From positions 32,001 through 96,000 of the forward strand of contig JAZDDX010000024.1 in assembly GCA_043809315.1 (NCBI GenBank): DNA of 64,000 nucleotides, read 5' to 3'. This document shows positions 1 through 10,336 of the stretch, one piece after another. Origin of the DNA: Pseudomonadota bacterium (lineage in GTDB: Bacteria > Bdellovibrionota_G > JALEGL01 > DATDPG01). Below the pieces are notes generated by a model, which ran no database searches, was not told the origin of the DNA, and saw only the letters and a program-made list of their open reading frames with translations. The position numbers were made by a program, and so were the translations under genes. Position 1 is the first letter of the stretch, and every line of letters begins with the position of its first letter.

Positions 1-151
1 TCAGCCCTTTGGCCACCGCTTCCACGTCGGAGGCGAGATCGACATAGGAAAGTTCGTTCCAGGTCTCCCCCTCTTTCCAGCGCACCGCCACCTGATCCGC
101 GTGACGCGTAAACGCCGAGGCGAGGAGATCCACGAGAGTCACGGAACCCAT
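1..151 (-). CDS. Long-chain fatty acid-CoA ligase / AMP-dependent synthetase, N-terminal part (runs off window)
   Basis: Hand translation from ATG at 151: MGSVTLVDLLASAFTRHADQVAVRWKEGETWNELSYVDLASDVEAVAKGL, typical FadD-like N-terminus; not in ORF track. Confidence 0.7.
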   Translation of the reverse strand, partial: MGSVTLVDLLASAFTRHADQVAVRWKEGETWNELSYVDLASDVEAVAKGL

Positions 152-219
152 CTTACGGATCCCGGTCGACAGCGGAAGACAATTGAATTTTGGGTCATCC
201 CCCGCTATCGATACCCATC

Positions 220-2397
220 ATGCGTGGTTTTCTGGGTACGGCGGTCGGAGTGTTCCTCCTCTTCTCGGTCGCCTACGGCGCCCCGGTCGCCCGAGAACCG
301 CGACAACCGGAGCGGTTCGTCGACGTGAACGGTCAGCGGGTGGGGGTGTTCTCTCATCCCCGACTCTGGCTGGATCCCGCGAGGATCGCAAGACTCAAGA
401 CGAAGGCGGTTTTTTCCAACCCGATCTGGGTGGCGCTCGAGAACACGAATGCAAGTCAAATCCAGAATGGAGCCTACCAAAAGGCCGCCTACTCCACGCT
501 TCTCTTGAACTTCGCGGTCGGGTACCTGGCCTCCGGCCGCGGCGCATACCTTCGCGCGGCCAAAGCGCTGCTGGCCAACTTCCCCGTTCGGTTCGATCTC
601 ACGTGTGACGGGTCGGAGTACTGCGGAAACGCCAACCTCGACTACGGATCGGAAACGTTGATGCACATCGCCGTGGCCTACGACTGGTTGTCATCCGACC
701 TGACCGACGCGGAGAAGGGATCGATCCGCGGCTGGGTTTTCACCCGCCTGATCCCGTTTCTCCGGAAGCATCCATATTATGGTGACCCGACGCACAACCT
801 GGGGCACACGAAGTGGATCGGGGAGTTCCTGTGGTCGCTGGCCACGTTGGGGGAGGACGGCCGCGCCGAAGCGATCTTTAAGGAGCAATACGCCTTCTGG
901 AACGATCGCGTCGCCCCGCTCTTCGATCAGTATTATCCCGGCGGCCACACGTTCGGCGGGAGCGGGTACGGGTACAACCGGAGTTTCAAGTTCGCGCTGT
1001 ACGGAATGGAAGCTATGACGACGGCGACCACGATCGACGGGTACCGCGGGCATCCCTGGGCGTTGCAGGAACTGCTCTACCGGATTCACTCCGTTCTCCC
1101 GAGCCGGGACTCCTTTCACGCCGATTGGGAATCGGCGGAGGCGCTCTTCAACCTGGGTCGGCAGACCGAGAACGAGGCTCTCCTGGTGCGCCGGTTTCAA
1201 GGGACACGGGAAGCCAAGATCGGCCAGTATTTCCTGAACCAGGTCTTCCGTCCGCAGGCTTACGCGAACCGGGGTGGAAACCGGGTCCATCCGTACTACA
1301 GTGGGCTCTGGTTCCTCTGGTACGACCCTGCGGACCCGGAGCTTCCGTACCTGGACGACCCGACGGCCTACGTGGCTCCGGGCCTCGGAGTCGGTTTCAC
1401 GCGGACGAGTTGGAGTGACAGGAAATCGGCATGGGCGAGCCTTTCCTCTTCGTCGTACGTCGGGGACCACCAACTTCATAACGAGGGGAGCTTCAAGATC
1501 TGGAAGAACGGGCAATACCTCGTGATCGAAAACGGCCGCTGCTATGCCGCCAACTCCGGCGATGGAACACCGACCGACGCGAACATCCTGTTTCTCGGTG
1601 ACGGCGATGTGGGACGATGGCGTTCGGCCGTCACCGGCGGGCTCCCTCGTCGCGGGGACACGAGTCAGGCCGAGATCTCCCATTTCTCCCAGCAGAGTTC
1701 GTACGCGTACTTCGAGGGGGACCTTTCGAAAGCGTATGTTCCGTCAAAATTCCCGCTCCGTTTTTTTCACCGGATCTTCACGCACTTCCGTGCCCCCTCC
1801 GGGAGCCCGAACGATTATTTTGTTGTCGCGGATCGGATCGACTCAGCCAAAACGATGACGAAACGATCGTTCATTCATCTTCCGAAGCGGCCCCAACTGT
1901 CGGGACGGGACGCGACGCTGATCCTTGGGGAGGCCCGGCTGAACCTGCGGAGTCTTCTCCCGGAGAACGCCACGGTCTCACGCGACCCTGTCGTCAAGAA
2001 GAGCGGAGGTTGTCTGCCGCAGGAGGAGGGGGACCAGCCGTCGCGAGTGACCGTCTCCGCGCCCGCCGGGAAGGAGGATTTCCATCTGACGGTTTTCCAG
2101 GCTGGATCGGCCGCTTCCGCGATGCCGGAGACGGAGACGATCTCCTCCGGAAAACTGATAGGGGTTCTCATCAAAGATCCGGTGCTCAATCGGGTCCTGG
2201 TGGTGAGTGTCGACGCAGCGGAACTTTCCGGCGCGCTCACGTTTACGTGTCACCCGACCGGGAAGACCGAATTTGTCGTGGCGGATCTCCCCCCAGGTAC
2301 GAAATATGACGTGACGATCGCCGGCTCGTCGGTGACGCTCACCCCTTCCTCCCCCGGGCAGGTCCGCGCGGACGATAAAGGGGTTCTCCATTTCTAG
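220..2397 (+). CDS. Secreted heparinase II/III-like polysaccharide lyase
   Basis: Signal peptide (MRGFLG...VAYGA); HPRLWL start, AVAYDWL, HN motif in helical domain, then RTSW...DHQLHNEGSFKIWK beta-sandwich pattern of heparinase II/III-like proteins; start moved to ATG 220. Confidence 0.65.
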   Translation: MRGFLGTAVGVFLLFSVAYGAPVAREPRQPERFVDVNGQRVGVFSHPRLWLDPARIARLKTKAVFSNPIWVALENTNASQIQNGAYQKAAYSTLLLNFAVGYLASGRGAYLRAAKALLANFPVRFDLTCDGSEYCGNANLDYGSETLMHIAVAYDWLSSDLTDAEKGSIRGWVFTRLIPFLRKHPYYGDPTHNLGHTKWIGEFLWSLATLGEDGRAEAIFKEQYAFWNDRVAPLFDQYYPGGHTFGGSGYGYNRSFKFALYGMEAMTTATTIDGYRGHPWALQELLYRIHSVLPSRDSFHADWESAEALFNLGRQTENEALLVRRFQGTREAKIGQYFLNQVFRPQAYANRGGNRVHPYYSGLWFLWYDPADPELPYLDDPTAYVAPGLGVGFTRTSWSDRKSAWASLSSSSYVGDHQLHNEGSFKIWKNGQYLVIENGRCYAANSGDGTPTDANILFLGDGDVGRWRSAVTGGLPRRGDTSQAEISHFSQQSSYAYFEGDLSKAYVPSKFPLRFFHRIFTHFRAPSGSPNDYFVVADRIDSAKTMTKRSFIHLPKRPQLSGRDATLILGEARLNLRSLLPENATVSRDPVVKKSGGCLPQEEGDQPSRVTVSAPAGKEDFHLTVFQAGSAASAMPETETISSGKLIGVLIKDPVLNRVLVVSVDAAELSGALTFTCHPTGKTEFVVADLPPGTKYDVTIAGSSVTLTPSSPGQVRADDKGVLHF

Positions 2398-2413
2398 TCG
2401 TCCCAATGGTAGG

Positions 2414-3022
2414 ATGAGAAAACCTATGTGGAATGTCCGATCATTGAGCCTCACCGCCGTTGTCCTGTTCCTGGCCGCGGGGTGCGCGGCGCGGTCCTCC
2501 CCGGTGGCAAAGCCCGAAGCCGAAAAAGAAGCGCCGCCGGAAACGACCGCCATCGGCCCCGACGACGTGCTCCAGGTGGATGTCTGGAGACATCCCGAAT
2601 TGTCGAAGGAGGTCACGGTGCGTCCGGACGGATTCATTTCCCTTCCGCTCGTGAAGGACGTCGCCACCAACGGGCTTTCGGCCACTTCTCTGGCGCAGGT
2701 TCTGCGCGAGAAGTTCACGGAGTTCGTGGATGATCCGGAAGTGACGGTGATCGCCAAGGCCGTGAACAGCTACAAAGTTTACGTGTTGGGAAAGGTCACG
2801 ACTTCAGGAATGTTCACCGCGAAGTCGCCGGTGTCGGTGGTTCAAGTGATCGCGATGGCGGGGGGATTCACCCCGTTCGCTAAAACCAGTCGTGTCGTCG
2901 TTCTCCGAAGGTCGCAGGGAAAAGATATCCGGATCGTGGTCGATTACGACGACATCGTCCGGGGTCGGCATCCCGAGCGGAACGTCATGTTAAAACCGGG
3001 CGATACGGTCATCGTTCCCTAG
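2414..3022 (+). CDS. wza: Polysaccharide export OPX lipoprotein, short form (Poly_export + SLBB)
   Basis: Lipobox LAAGC; IGPDDVLQVDVW, VRPDGFISLPLV, AMAGGFTPFA, LKPGDTVIVP; ends without C-terminal membrane helix domain. Confidence 0.9.
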   Translation: MRKPMWNVRSLSLTAVVLFLAAGCAARSSPVAKPEAEKEAPPETTAIGPDDVLQVDVWRHPELSKEVTVRPDGFISLPLVKDVATNGLSATSLAQVLREKFTEFVDDPEVTVIAKAVNSYKVYVLGKVTTSGMFTAKSPVSVVQVIAMAGGFTPFAKTSRVVVLRRSQGKDIRIVVDYDDIVRGRHPERNVMLKPGDTVIVP

Positions 3023-3028
3023 ATCCTC

Positions 3029-4216
3029 ATGAACGCGCGGACCATCGTCCTCGCCGGCTCGGTGCTCTCGGCTTCGGCTTTCGCCCAACAGGGGGCTCCC
3101 AACGTCCCTCCGCAGGGGTTTCAGTTCATCCCCTCGCTGGCCATCACCGAAACCTATGATGACAATGCCCTGGGGACGCAGAGCGGAGAATCGGTCGATT
3201 CAGCGATGATCCTCGAGCCTTCGGTCCAGTTTCTCAACACGTCGGACAGGTCCAATCAGGAGCTCGATTACACGTTGTCGTACGAAAAATTCTGGGGGGG
3301 TACGTTGCGGCGCTCGTTTTCCCACCAGGGGCGCTATCGGGGATTGTTTGACGTTTCTCCACGCGTCACCCTGACGGTCGAGCAGCGGATTTCATACAGT
3401 CCTCTGATCTCCCTCCTGTATTCCCCGGACTTGAATACGACACCTCAGTTCGTCCGATTGAAGACATTCCGGAACGCCACGGAGTTCTCGCCGATGGTCC
3501 GATTGAGTGAGCGCTCGAATCTCGAACTCAAGGGGGCGTTTTATCTGACGCTGAGCCGAGAGGCCCAGATGTTTGCGACGACGCCCGTGAACACGAGACC
3601 CATTTACCAGGCGAAGGGGGGGATGACTCTCGTCCATCGCCTCAACGAGAGGGATTCGATCCGACCGAGCCTCACGACCGACTATTTCTGGTTCCCCGGA
3701 TCGAACGACGTGGTCAATCTGAGCGCGAACGTCGGTTGGTCCCGAAGGTGGAACCCTTCCTTGGAGACCGTGCTCGGGGGAGGGATCCTGGAAACGGTGC
3801 CGAGAGGGGGGGGGGATTCTTTGACGAACCTTGCCGGCAAGGTTTCCGCTTCCTACCGGGAGGATCCCTGGGAGTTTCACATGACCTATGCCCGAAGCTC
3901 ATCGACCTTGGCGGGGTTCAGCGCGACGTTCATTCAGGATACGGTCACGGCGGGGACCTCCGTCTTGTTCGCTCAAACCTGGGTCTTTCGCCTCGACCCG
4001 GCCTACTCCCGATCTGTCAGTGCGGAAACCGGAGCGGTCCTGGCGGGTCTCTTCGTGGACACGGGAATTCAGGGGATGATCCGCCCCGGGCTCCAGCTCT
4101 CGATCCATTATCGGTACCGGGTCCAGGGTTCCGACAATCCAGCTTGGGAGGGGTACACACGGAACCTCGCCGCGGCGACGCTAAACATCGTAAACTTCCG
4201 GGATTTAAAGATTTAA
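3029..4216 (+). CDS. Outer-membrane beta-barrel protein of polysaccharide export locus
   Basis: Signal peptide; PSLAITETYDDN start motif; alternating amphipathic strands; YTRN near C-terminus; lies between OPX and co-polymerase genes. Confidence 0.75.
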   Translation: MNARTIVLAGSVLSASAFAQQGAPNVPPQGFQFIPSLAITETYDDNALGTQSGESVDSAMILEPSVQFLNTSDRSNQELDYTLSYEKFWGGTLRRSFSHQGRYRGLFDVSPRVTLTVEQRISYSPLISLLYSPDLNTTPQFVRLKTFRNATEFSPMVRLSERSNLELKGAFYLTLSREAQMFATTPVNTRPIYQAKGGMTLVHRLNERDSIRPSLTTDYFWFPGSNDVVNLSANVGWSRRWNPSLETVLGGGILETVPRGGGDSLTNLAGKVSASYREDPWEFHMTYARSSSTLAGFSATFIQDTVTAGTSVLFAQTWVFRLDPAYSRSVSAETGAVLAGLFVDTGIQGMIRPGLQLSIHYRYRVQGSDNPAWEGYTRNLAAATLNIVNFRDLKI

Positions 4217-4323
4217 TCATGTCCGAAACCGATCCACGTGGCCAACTTCGTGGAGAGAAGCAATTAGTGCATTGCATTAATATTCGGACTCTGATAGGAA
4301 GGCCCATTGAATAATTTCGCGCA

Positions 4324-5790
4324 GTGTGGCAAGAGAGGAACGATTTGTCCCCCGAATCGGAAAATCTGAGACAGAATCTGGCTTCCTACCTTGAGTTTGC
4401 GATCGCGCTCAAGAAACGAACGAAATTGATCCTCTGGGTGGCGTTGGCCGGGAGCGTTCTGACCGTTCTGGGTGCGACGCTGATGTCCCCGGTCTACACC
4501 TCCAGCACCCTCATTCTGATCCAGCCTCAGCGGCTCCCCTCGAGCTACGTACAATCGGCGATCTCGGTCGACCTGAACGACCGTCTGCGAACCCTGACGC
4601 CTCAAATCATGAGCCGGTCGCGCCTCGAACAGATCATCAACAAGTTCGATCTCTACGGCCCGACCCAGGATCCGAAGCAGATGGAGAGCAAGGTCGATCG
4701 GATGCGGAAGTCGATCAAAGTCCAGGTGAAGGGGGAGGACACCTTCCGGATCTATTTCTCGCACCGGTCGCCCCGGGTCGCCAGGGAGACTACGCAGGAG
4801 TTGGCGCACCTCTTCATCGAGGACAATCTTCGCGACCGAGCCAATCAGGCCGAGAGCACGTCGGAGTTTCTCGACAGCGAATTGAACAACCTGAAAGGAC
4901 AGCTCGAGTCGCAGGAGGAGGCGCTGCGGCGGTTCAAAGAGGGCCACCTCGGGGTCCTGCCGGAACAACAGTCCGCCAATCTCCGTGCTTTGGACCGATT
5001 CCAAAACGCATATCAGACCAACACGGAGGCCCTGCAAGCCGCGCGGGACCGGAAAACCGCGATCGAGGAGCAGATCTCCAAAGCAAACGAGGAGGGGACC
5101 GCGATGGTCCTTTCCGACTCGCAGCTCGACTCGCTGAAGGCGCAGCTCGGGGAGAAACGCGCCCAACTGACTGACAAACATCCGGATGTGCGGTTTCTGG
5201 AACGGAAAGTCCACGAGATGGAAGAGAAGCTTGCTGCGCTGAAACAACGGGGTGATCCCCGGGCCGTCGCGAACACCGATCCGTACACGCGGAGTGTGCT
5301 CGGAAAGCTGGAACGTGCGAATCACGATGTCGCCCAACTGGAGGTGACGCAGGAGAGGCTGGAGAAAGATATCGCGGATTATCAGCGGCGGATCGAGAGA
5401 CTTCCGTCGGTGGAGACCCAGCTGATTCTTTTGACGCGCGATTACGACACCACGCGGACCAACTATCAGGCTCTTCTCAACAAAAAGTTCGAGGCCCGCC
5501 TCTCCATCAATCTGGAAAAAAAGCAGAAGGACGCCGCGTTCAAAGTGCTCGATCCGGCGTATCTGCCGGCGTCGCCGGACAGCCCCAGCAGGGGCCTCGT
5601 GGTTCTGATGGGGATTCTGATCTCCGGCGTTCTGGGGTTGGCGGTTGCGTTTGCGGCGGAGGCGCTCGATACGACCATCCGTTCCGAGAGGGACCTCAGG
5701 GATTTCGGGCCGGCGCCGGTCATCGCGATGATCCCCCGTCTGCGGAAGTCCCGGGATGAAACAGCGGAACCCAAGCAGGCGGCGGGCTGA
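4324..5790 (+). CDS. Polysaccharide co-polymerase / chain length determinant (GumC/Wzc N-terminal type)
   Basis: Two TM segments flanking long coiled coil; PVYTSSTLILI, YT-like DKHPDV, FKVLDPAYLPASP motifs; exact start uncertain. Confidence 0.9.
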   Translation: MWQERNDLSPESENLRQNLASYLEFAIALKKRTKLILWVALAGSVLTVLGATLMSPVYTSSTLILIQPQRLPSSYVQSAISVDLNDRLRTLTPQIMSRSRLEQIINKFDLYGPTQDPKQMESKVDRMRKSIKVQVKGEDTFRIYFSHRSPRVARETTQELAHLFIEDNLRDRANQAESTSEFLDSELNNLKGQLESQEEALRRFKEGHLGVLPEQQSANLRALDRFQNAYQTNTEALQAARDRKTAIEEQISKANEEGTAMVLSDSQLDSLKAQLGEKRAQLTDKHPDVRFLERKVHEMEEKLAALKQRGDPRAVANTDPYTRSVLGKLERANHDVAQLEVTQERLEKDIADYQRRIERLPSVETQLILLTRDYDTTRTNYQALLNKKFEARLSINLEKKQKDAAFKVLDPAYLPASPDSPSRGLVVLMGILISGVLGLAVAFAAEALDTTIRSERDLRDFGPAPVIAMIPRLRKSRDETAEPKQAAG

Positions 5791-5802
5791 GGACGGTAAC
5801 CG

Positions 5803-6564
5803 ATGACATTCCCCTCGAAAGACAGAACGAACCTGGAAGTGGTCACTCCGTCCTTGGAAGAGCCGATCCGCCAGGCGCCCATCCTTCTTCTCTCGGCGGC
5901 GCAGGTTCCGCCGGAGCTGGTGATGGTGAGCGAGTCCGGATCCGATGCGGCCGAGCAATATCGCTTGCTGGCCCATGCGTTGGAGAAAGATCACGGGGGA
6001 CAGACCGGGCGCACGATCGCGGTTTCGAGCGCGGTCGCGGGAGAGGGAAAGACGCTCACCGCATTGAACTTGGCATACGCCTTGTCGGAGACGAAAACCC
6101 GGCAGATCCTCCTCTGTGATGTCGACTTCTGCGGGGGCTCGATCACCCGAACCCTCGGCCTGGGAGACCCCCCGGGAATCACGGATCTGTTCCAGGAATC
6201 GAAGCCTCTGAACGAAATCCTCCGGAGGCTGGACAACAATCTCATGTTGCTTCCTGCCGGGACACCGCTTACCCATCCCCTCGGCCTGCTGAGGTCCGCC
6301 ATCTGGCATCAGCTCATGGATTCGCTCCGAGCCCACTTTCATTTCATCATCATGGATTGCCCTCCGATTCTAGGAAACGAGCAGATGTCGGTGATCGACG
6401 ACGTGATCGATCGGGTTCTGTTGGTGGTCCGGGCCGGTTATAGCCGTCAGGAGACGCTGAAAGACGCCCTGGCCTGCGTGACGCCCGAGAAGCTGGCTGG
6501 CTTTGCGTTGAACGACGTGACGGACCGGGGTCGAGTGTACCGTTCGTACAAAAGAGAGACCTGA
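5803..6564 (+). CDS. CpsD/CapB family bacterial tyrosine kinase
   Basis: AEQYRLL, Walker A SAVAGEGKT, DVD, IIMDCPP; C-terminal tyrosines. Confidence 0.9.
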   Translation: MTFPSKDRTNLEVVTPSLEEPIRQAPILLLSAAQVPPELVMVSESGSDAAEQYRLLAHALEKDHGGQTGRTIAVSSAVAGEGKTLTALNLAYALSETKTRQILLCDVDFCGGSITRTLGLGDPPGITDLFQESKPLNEILRRLDNNLMLLPAGTPLTHPLGLLRSAIWHQLMDSLRAHFHFIIMDCPPILGNEQMSVIDDVIDRVLLVVRAGYSRQETLKDALACVTPEKLAGFALNDVTDRGRVYRSYKRET

Positions 6565-7949
6565 TGGCTTGGACCTGGGCTCATTCGAAATACAAGAACC
6601 TGTTTCTTCTCGAAATGCTGTTCTTCGTGCTGGCGGCGACGGCGGCGTTTCTGCTTCGGTTCTACCTGTCCACCTGGGATGTCCGCGCGTACCCCTACTT
6701 GGTTCCGAAGATGATTCTGGCCGTCTTCATGACCCAGCTCTCGCTCTATTACAACGGGCTCTACGAGTTCGGGGTTGTTCGCCGGGCGCATAACCTCGTC
6801 CTCACTTTACTGCAGGCCTTCGCAGGGGCGACGCTTTCGCTGCTGGCTCTATACTACGCATTTCCGTTCCTGTTGATCGGACGCGGTGTTTTCTTTCTCA
6901 TGATGTCCCTGTTCTTCGTGGTCGCGATCCTGTTCCGTTCCGTCCTTCATCTGCTGTTTCTCCGGGGGTATCTGGCGCAGCGGGTCTTGGTATTGGGATC
7001 CGGGAAAGGCGCGGTGTCGATCATCAAGTACTTGAACGACCCGAACCCCCACTCGTACAAGTTGGTCGGTTTCTTGAAAGAGGATCTGGTCCATCTGGGT
7101 CCGTTCCAGGCCCTCGGAGCGGCGGTCGGTTCCTACGGAGAGTTGTTTGCGACTGCGCTCCGTGAGCAGGTTCAGATGATCGTCGTGGCGCTGGATGACC
7201 GGCGCGGGCGCCTTCCGCTCGGTGACCTGGTCGAATGCAAGCTGCGCGGCATCGAGGTCATGGACAGCGCCCGGTTCTGGGAGGTCGAGCGCGGGATCAT
7301 CTCCGTTCCGGATCTCCCGCCGAGTTGGCTCATTTTTTCCGACGGGTTCCGGCAGTCGACCGTTACCTTGGTCCTGAAAGGGATCAGCGAGTTCTTGATC
7401 GCGTTAACCGCACTGATCGTGCTCGCGCCGTTCGCCCTGTTGGCCGCCGCCGCGATCCGGATCGACAGCCCGGGGCCGATCCTGTACCGCCAGCTCCGGG
7501 TGGGGGCGCGGGGGGGGGCCTTCACGCTTCTCAAATTCCGTTCGATGCGGGCCGATGCGGAGGGGGACGGAGCCGCCCAGTGGGCCGCAGAAGAGGATCC
7601 GAGAGTGACGCGCGCGGGGCGTTTTCTCCGGAAGTACCGTCTGGACGAGATTCCCCAGCTGATCAATGTGATCCGGGGCGAGATGAGCTTGGTGGGGCCG
7701 CGGCCGGAGCGTCCCGAATTCGTCAACGAATTGATCAAGAAAGTACCGTGTTATGCACAGCGTCTGGCGGTCAAGCCGGGCGTGACGGGGCTGGCTCAGG
7801 TTCGTATGAAGTATGCCGCCTCGGTCGAGGACGCGGCGGAAAAGCTGAAGTACGACCTTTTCTACGTGAAGAACGTCTCCTTCATTCTCGACCTGGCGAT
7901 TCTGGTCGATACCTTCAAAGTAGTTCTGCTGGGCAAAGGCGCGAGATAG
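6564..7949 (+). CDS. Polyprenyl-phosphate glycosylphosphotransferase (priming sugar transferase)
   Basis: N-terminal TMs, Rossmann-like middle, KFRSM, DPRVT, RLDEIPQL, GEMSLVGPRPERP, KPGVTGLAQV. Confidence 0.95.
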   Translation: MAWTWAHSKYKNLFLLEMLFFVLAATAAFLLRFYLSTWDVRAYPYLVPKMILAVFMTQLSLYYNGLYEFGVVRRAHNLVLTLLQAFAGATLSLLALYYAFPFLLIGRGVFFLMMSLFFVVAILFRSVLHLLFLRGYLAQRVLVLGSGKGAVSIIKYLNDPNPHSYKLVGFLKEDLVHLGPFQALGAAVGSYGELFATALREQVQMIVVALDDRRGRLPLGDLVECKLRGIEVMDSARFWEVERGIISVPDLPPSWLIFSDGFRQSTVTLVLKGISEFLIALTALIVLAPFALLAAAAIRIDSPGPILYRQLRVGARGGAFTLLKFRSMRADAEGDGAAQWAAEEDPRVTRAGRFLRKYRLDEIPQLINVIRGEMSLVGPRPERPEFVNELIKKVPCYAQRLAVKPGVTGLAQVRMKYAASVEDAAEKLKYDLFYVKNVSFILDLAILVDTFKVVLLGKGAR

Positions 7950-7959
7950 GATCGCGGTC

Positions 7960-9228
7960 ATGGCGTATCTTTTCTTGTGCGCAATCCTGCTCACGGTCTA
8001 CCTCCGTCCGGCGGATGTATGGTCGTCCCTTGAGAAGGTCCCGTTTCTCTACGTCTTGAGCGGTCTCCTGGCCGTGGCGACGGTTCTCTCCTGGATGGTG
8101 CGCGCGACCCGTCCCCGATGGGTTCCGCACCTGACCTGGATTCTGGGCGTCTGGTTCGCCTTCGTTTTTTCTCACATCGCGCACGGCTTTCTGGCGATGA
8201 CCCTTTCGACGTTCACGGGGTTCCTCACGAACGTGTTTCTGGTCTTTGCAGCGACGTTTGTCCTGGTTTCCCCGGGCCGGCTCCGGGGTTTCGCCACGCT
8301 TTGGATCCTCCTCTCCCTTTTTCTGGCGATCGACGGGATCGTTCAGAATGCCACCGGCGCGGGGTTCTGGGGGCAACCGATGGTGAAGGGGAGAATCCAA
8401 GGGGTCGGCTCCTTCGCCGACCCGAACGACCTCTGTCTGACGTTTCTCATCACGGTTCCGCTTGCGCATGCACGCTTCTATGCGAAAGGGCACGGGGGAA
8501 GGTTTCTTTTTGCTCTGATCGCCGGAGTGTTTACGTACGCCACGTTTCTCACGAACTCCCGCGGAGGGATCGTGAGCCTCTTCTTGGTGTTCTTCGCTCT
8601 TGCCGCCCACCGGTTCGGACGCAAGCTGGGCTTGGTTCTGGGTGGGATTCTGGTGCTGGTGTTTCTGGCGTTCGGTCCTTCCCGTGTGGACGAGATCGGG
8701 TCGACCGACGCTTCCTCTCAGGGGCGGATCGGCGCTTGGTCCGAGGGTCTGCAGATGTTCAAGCGGAACCCGGTGGCCGGGGTGGGAGTCGGTCTTTTCA
8801 CCGACCATTTCGAATTGACGGCGCATAACTCGTTCGTTCTCTGCTTCGCGGAAACCGGGTTTCTAGGCGCTTTCTTCTGGCTCGGTCTTCTGTACGTGTC
8901 GATCTTAAGCCTTCGGAGGGTGGCCACCGTGGCGCGGTCCGATCCGGACGGCCGGGAGACCTTGGCGTGGTTGAAGGGGACTCAAATCGCTTTCTTGGGA
9001 TTCCTGGCGGGGGCCTTCTTCCTCTCGCGCACGTACAACATCCTTCTGTACTTGCTGATCGGGTTTTCGGCGGCGCTGTATGTCGAAGCCATGCAACGCT
9101 ATCCGAGCGTGCGCTTTGAAATGAGGGGGAAAGATCGCTGGAAGGTAGCCGGTCTCGTTGTCGGCGGGATCGTTCTGATCTACATCTTGGTGAAAACGTT
9201 GGCGATATGGCAAGGGAACTTCTATTGA
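7960..9228 (+). CDS. O-antigen ligase / Wzy-like polymerase family membrane protein
   Basis: Multi-TM; DPNDL, TNSRGG, AHNSFV...ETGFLG motifs. Confidence 0.85.
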   Translation: MAYLFLCAILLTVYLRPADVWSSLEKVPFLYVLSGLLAVATVLSWMVRATRPRWVPHLTWILGVWFAFVFSHIAHGFLAMTLSTFTGFLTNVFLVFAATFVLVSPGRLRGFATLWILLSLFLAIDGIVQNATGAGFWGQPMVKGRIQGVGSFADPNDLCLTFLITVPLAHARFYAKGHGGRFLFALIAGVFTYATFLTNSRGGIVSLFLVFFALAAHRFGRKLGLVLGGILVLVFLAFGPSRVDEIGSTDASSQGRIGAWSEGLQMFKRNPVAGVGVGLFTDHFELTAHNSFVLCFAETGFLGAFFWLGLLYVSILSLRRVATVARSDPDGRETLAWLKGTQIAFLGFLAGAFFLSRTYNILLYLLIGFSAALYVEAMQRYPSVRFEMRGKDRWKVAGLVVGGIVLIYILVKTLAIWQGNFY

Positions 9229-9238
9229 GAGGCAGCGG

Positions 9239-10336
9239 GTGAAGCGACCCGGAGTCCTCCATCTGGTCTGGACCCTCCATCTGGCCGGCGCGGAGCGTGT
9301 GGCTCAGGCCGTCCTTTCCTCCTGTCGCGCAGCAGGCTTCGAGCCCCATGTCTGCGCGCTCTCTCCCTCCGATCCCTCCCATCGGAACGACTGGGAGAGG
9401 AAGGGGATCCGGGTTTCCGAGATCTGGAAACGACCGGGGATCGATCTTCTTCTCCCGTTCCGGTTGCGGAAGCTCCTCCGCGACGCCCGGATTTCGATTT
9501 TGCACACCCACAACGCCGTCGGAGCTTTCTACGGGGGGATTTCCGCCGGCGCGGACGTTCTCAAGGTCCACACCGAACACAGCAACATCGCGCGGGAGAA
9601 ACGTATGCTTCGCCGGTTCACGGCGTGGCAACTCCGTTCCGCATCGGTCGTGGCCGATTCACAGAAAGTCGCCGTGATGTTGAAGCGGAGAGACGGTTTT
9701 CCCAAAGAGAAGATTCGCCTGATCTACAACGGCGTAGCGACCGAGTTCGGCGGAATCATGGACCGAAATGCGGCCAAGAGTTCGTTGGGAATTCCGGCTT
9801 CAGCACGCGTGGTGGGGACGGTCGGGAATCTCCGCCCCGTGAAAGACCAGATGGCTCTTCTGTCGGCGTTTGGTTCGCTGGCGAAGGAGGACTCGGATCT
9901 CTTCCTGGTGATCGTGGGCGAGGGGGAAATGAGGTCGGCTCTGGAAGCGGAGGCCCGGCGAGTCGGGTTGGAAGGGAGAGTGAAGCTTCCGGGGTATCGA
10001 AGCGACGCCCCTCGGCTGTTTTCCGCGTTCGATCTCTTCGTTCTCTCCTCCAAGAGCGAGGGGCTTCCGCTCGCGCTCCTGGAAGCGATGGCGGCGGGTC
10101 GTCCCTGCGTCGCGACCGCCGTGGGGGGGATTCCCGAGGTGATTACCGACGGGGAGAACGGCCGCCTGGTCCCTCCGGAGAGTCCGGTCGGTTTCGCGCG
10201 GGTGATGCGGCAGCTCTTGGCCGATCCGGAGAATGCCGGGCGGATGGGAGAACGAGGCCGGTGGACGGTTGCCGAGCGTTTTAGTGAAAAACAGATGGTC
10301 GAAAAATACCTGGAATTGTACCGGGAGTTATCGTGA
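9239..10336 (+). CDS. Glycosyltransferase family 4
   Basis: GAER, HTEH, IYNGV, SKSEGLPLALLEAMAAG. Confidence 0.93.
   Translation: MKRPGVLHLVWTLHLAGAERVAQAVLSSCRAAGFEPHVCALSPSDPSHRNDWERKGIRVSEIWKRPGIDLLLPFRLRKLLRDARISILHTHNAVGAFYGGISAGADVLKVHTEHSNIAREKRMLRRFTAWQLRSASVVADSQKVAVMLKRRDGFPKEKIRLIYNGVATEFGGIMDRNAAKSSLGIPASARVVGTVGNLRPVKDQMALLSAFGSLAKEDSDLFLVIVGEGEMRSALEAEARRVGLEGRVKLPGYRSDAPRLFSAFDLFVLSSKSEGLPLALLEAMAAGRPCVATAVGGIPEVITDGENGRLVPPESPVGFARVMRQLLADPENAGRMGERGRWTVAERFSEKQMVEKYLELYRELS

Noticed and set aside
4264-6342. 692-aa minus-strand ORF and similar long antisense ORFs (9724-11364, 42595-44109, 52528-53883)
   Set aside because: Shadows of well-supported genes on the opposite strand in GC-rich DNA; no motifs
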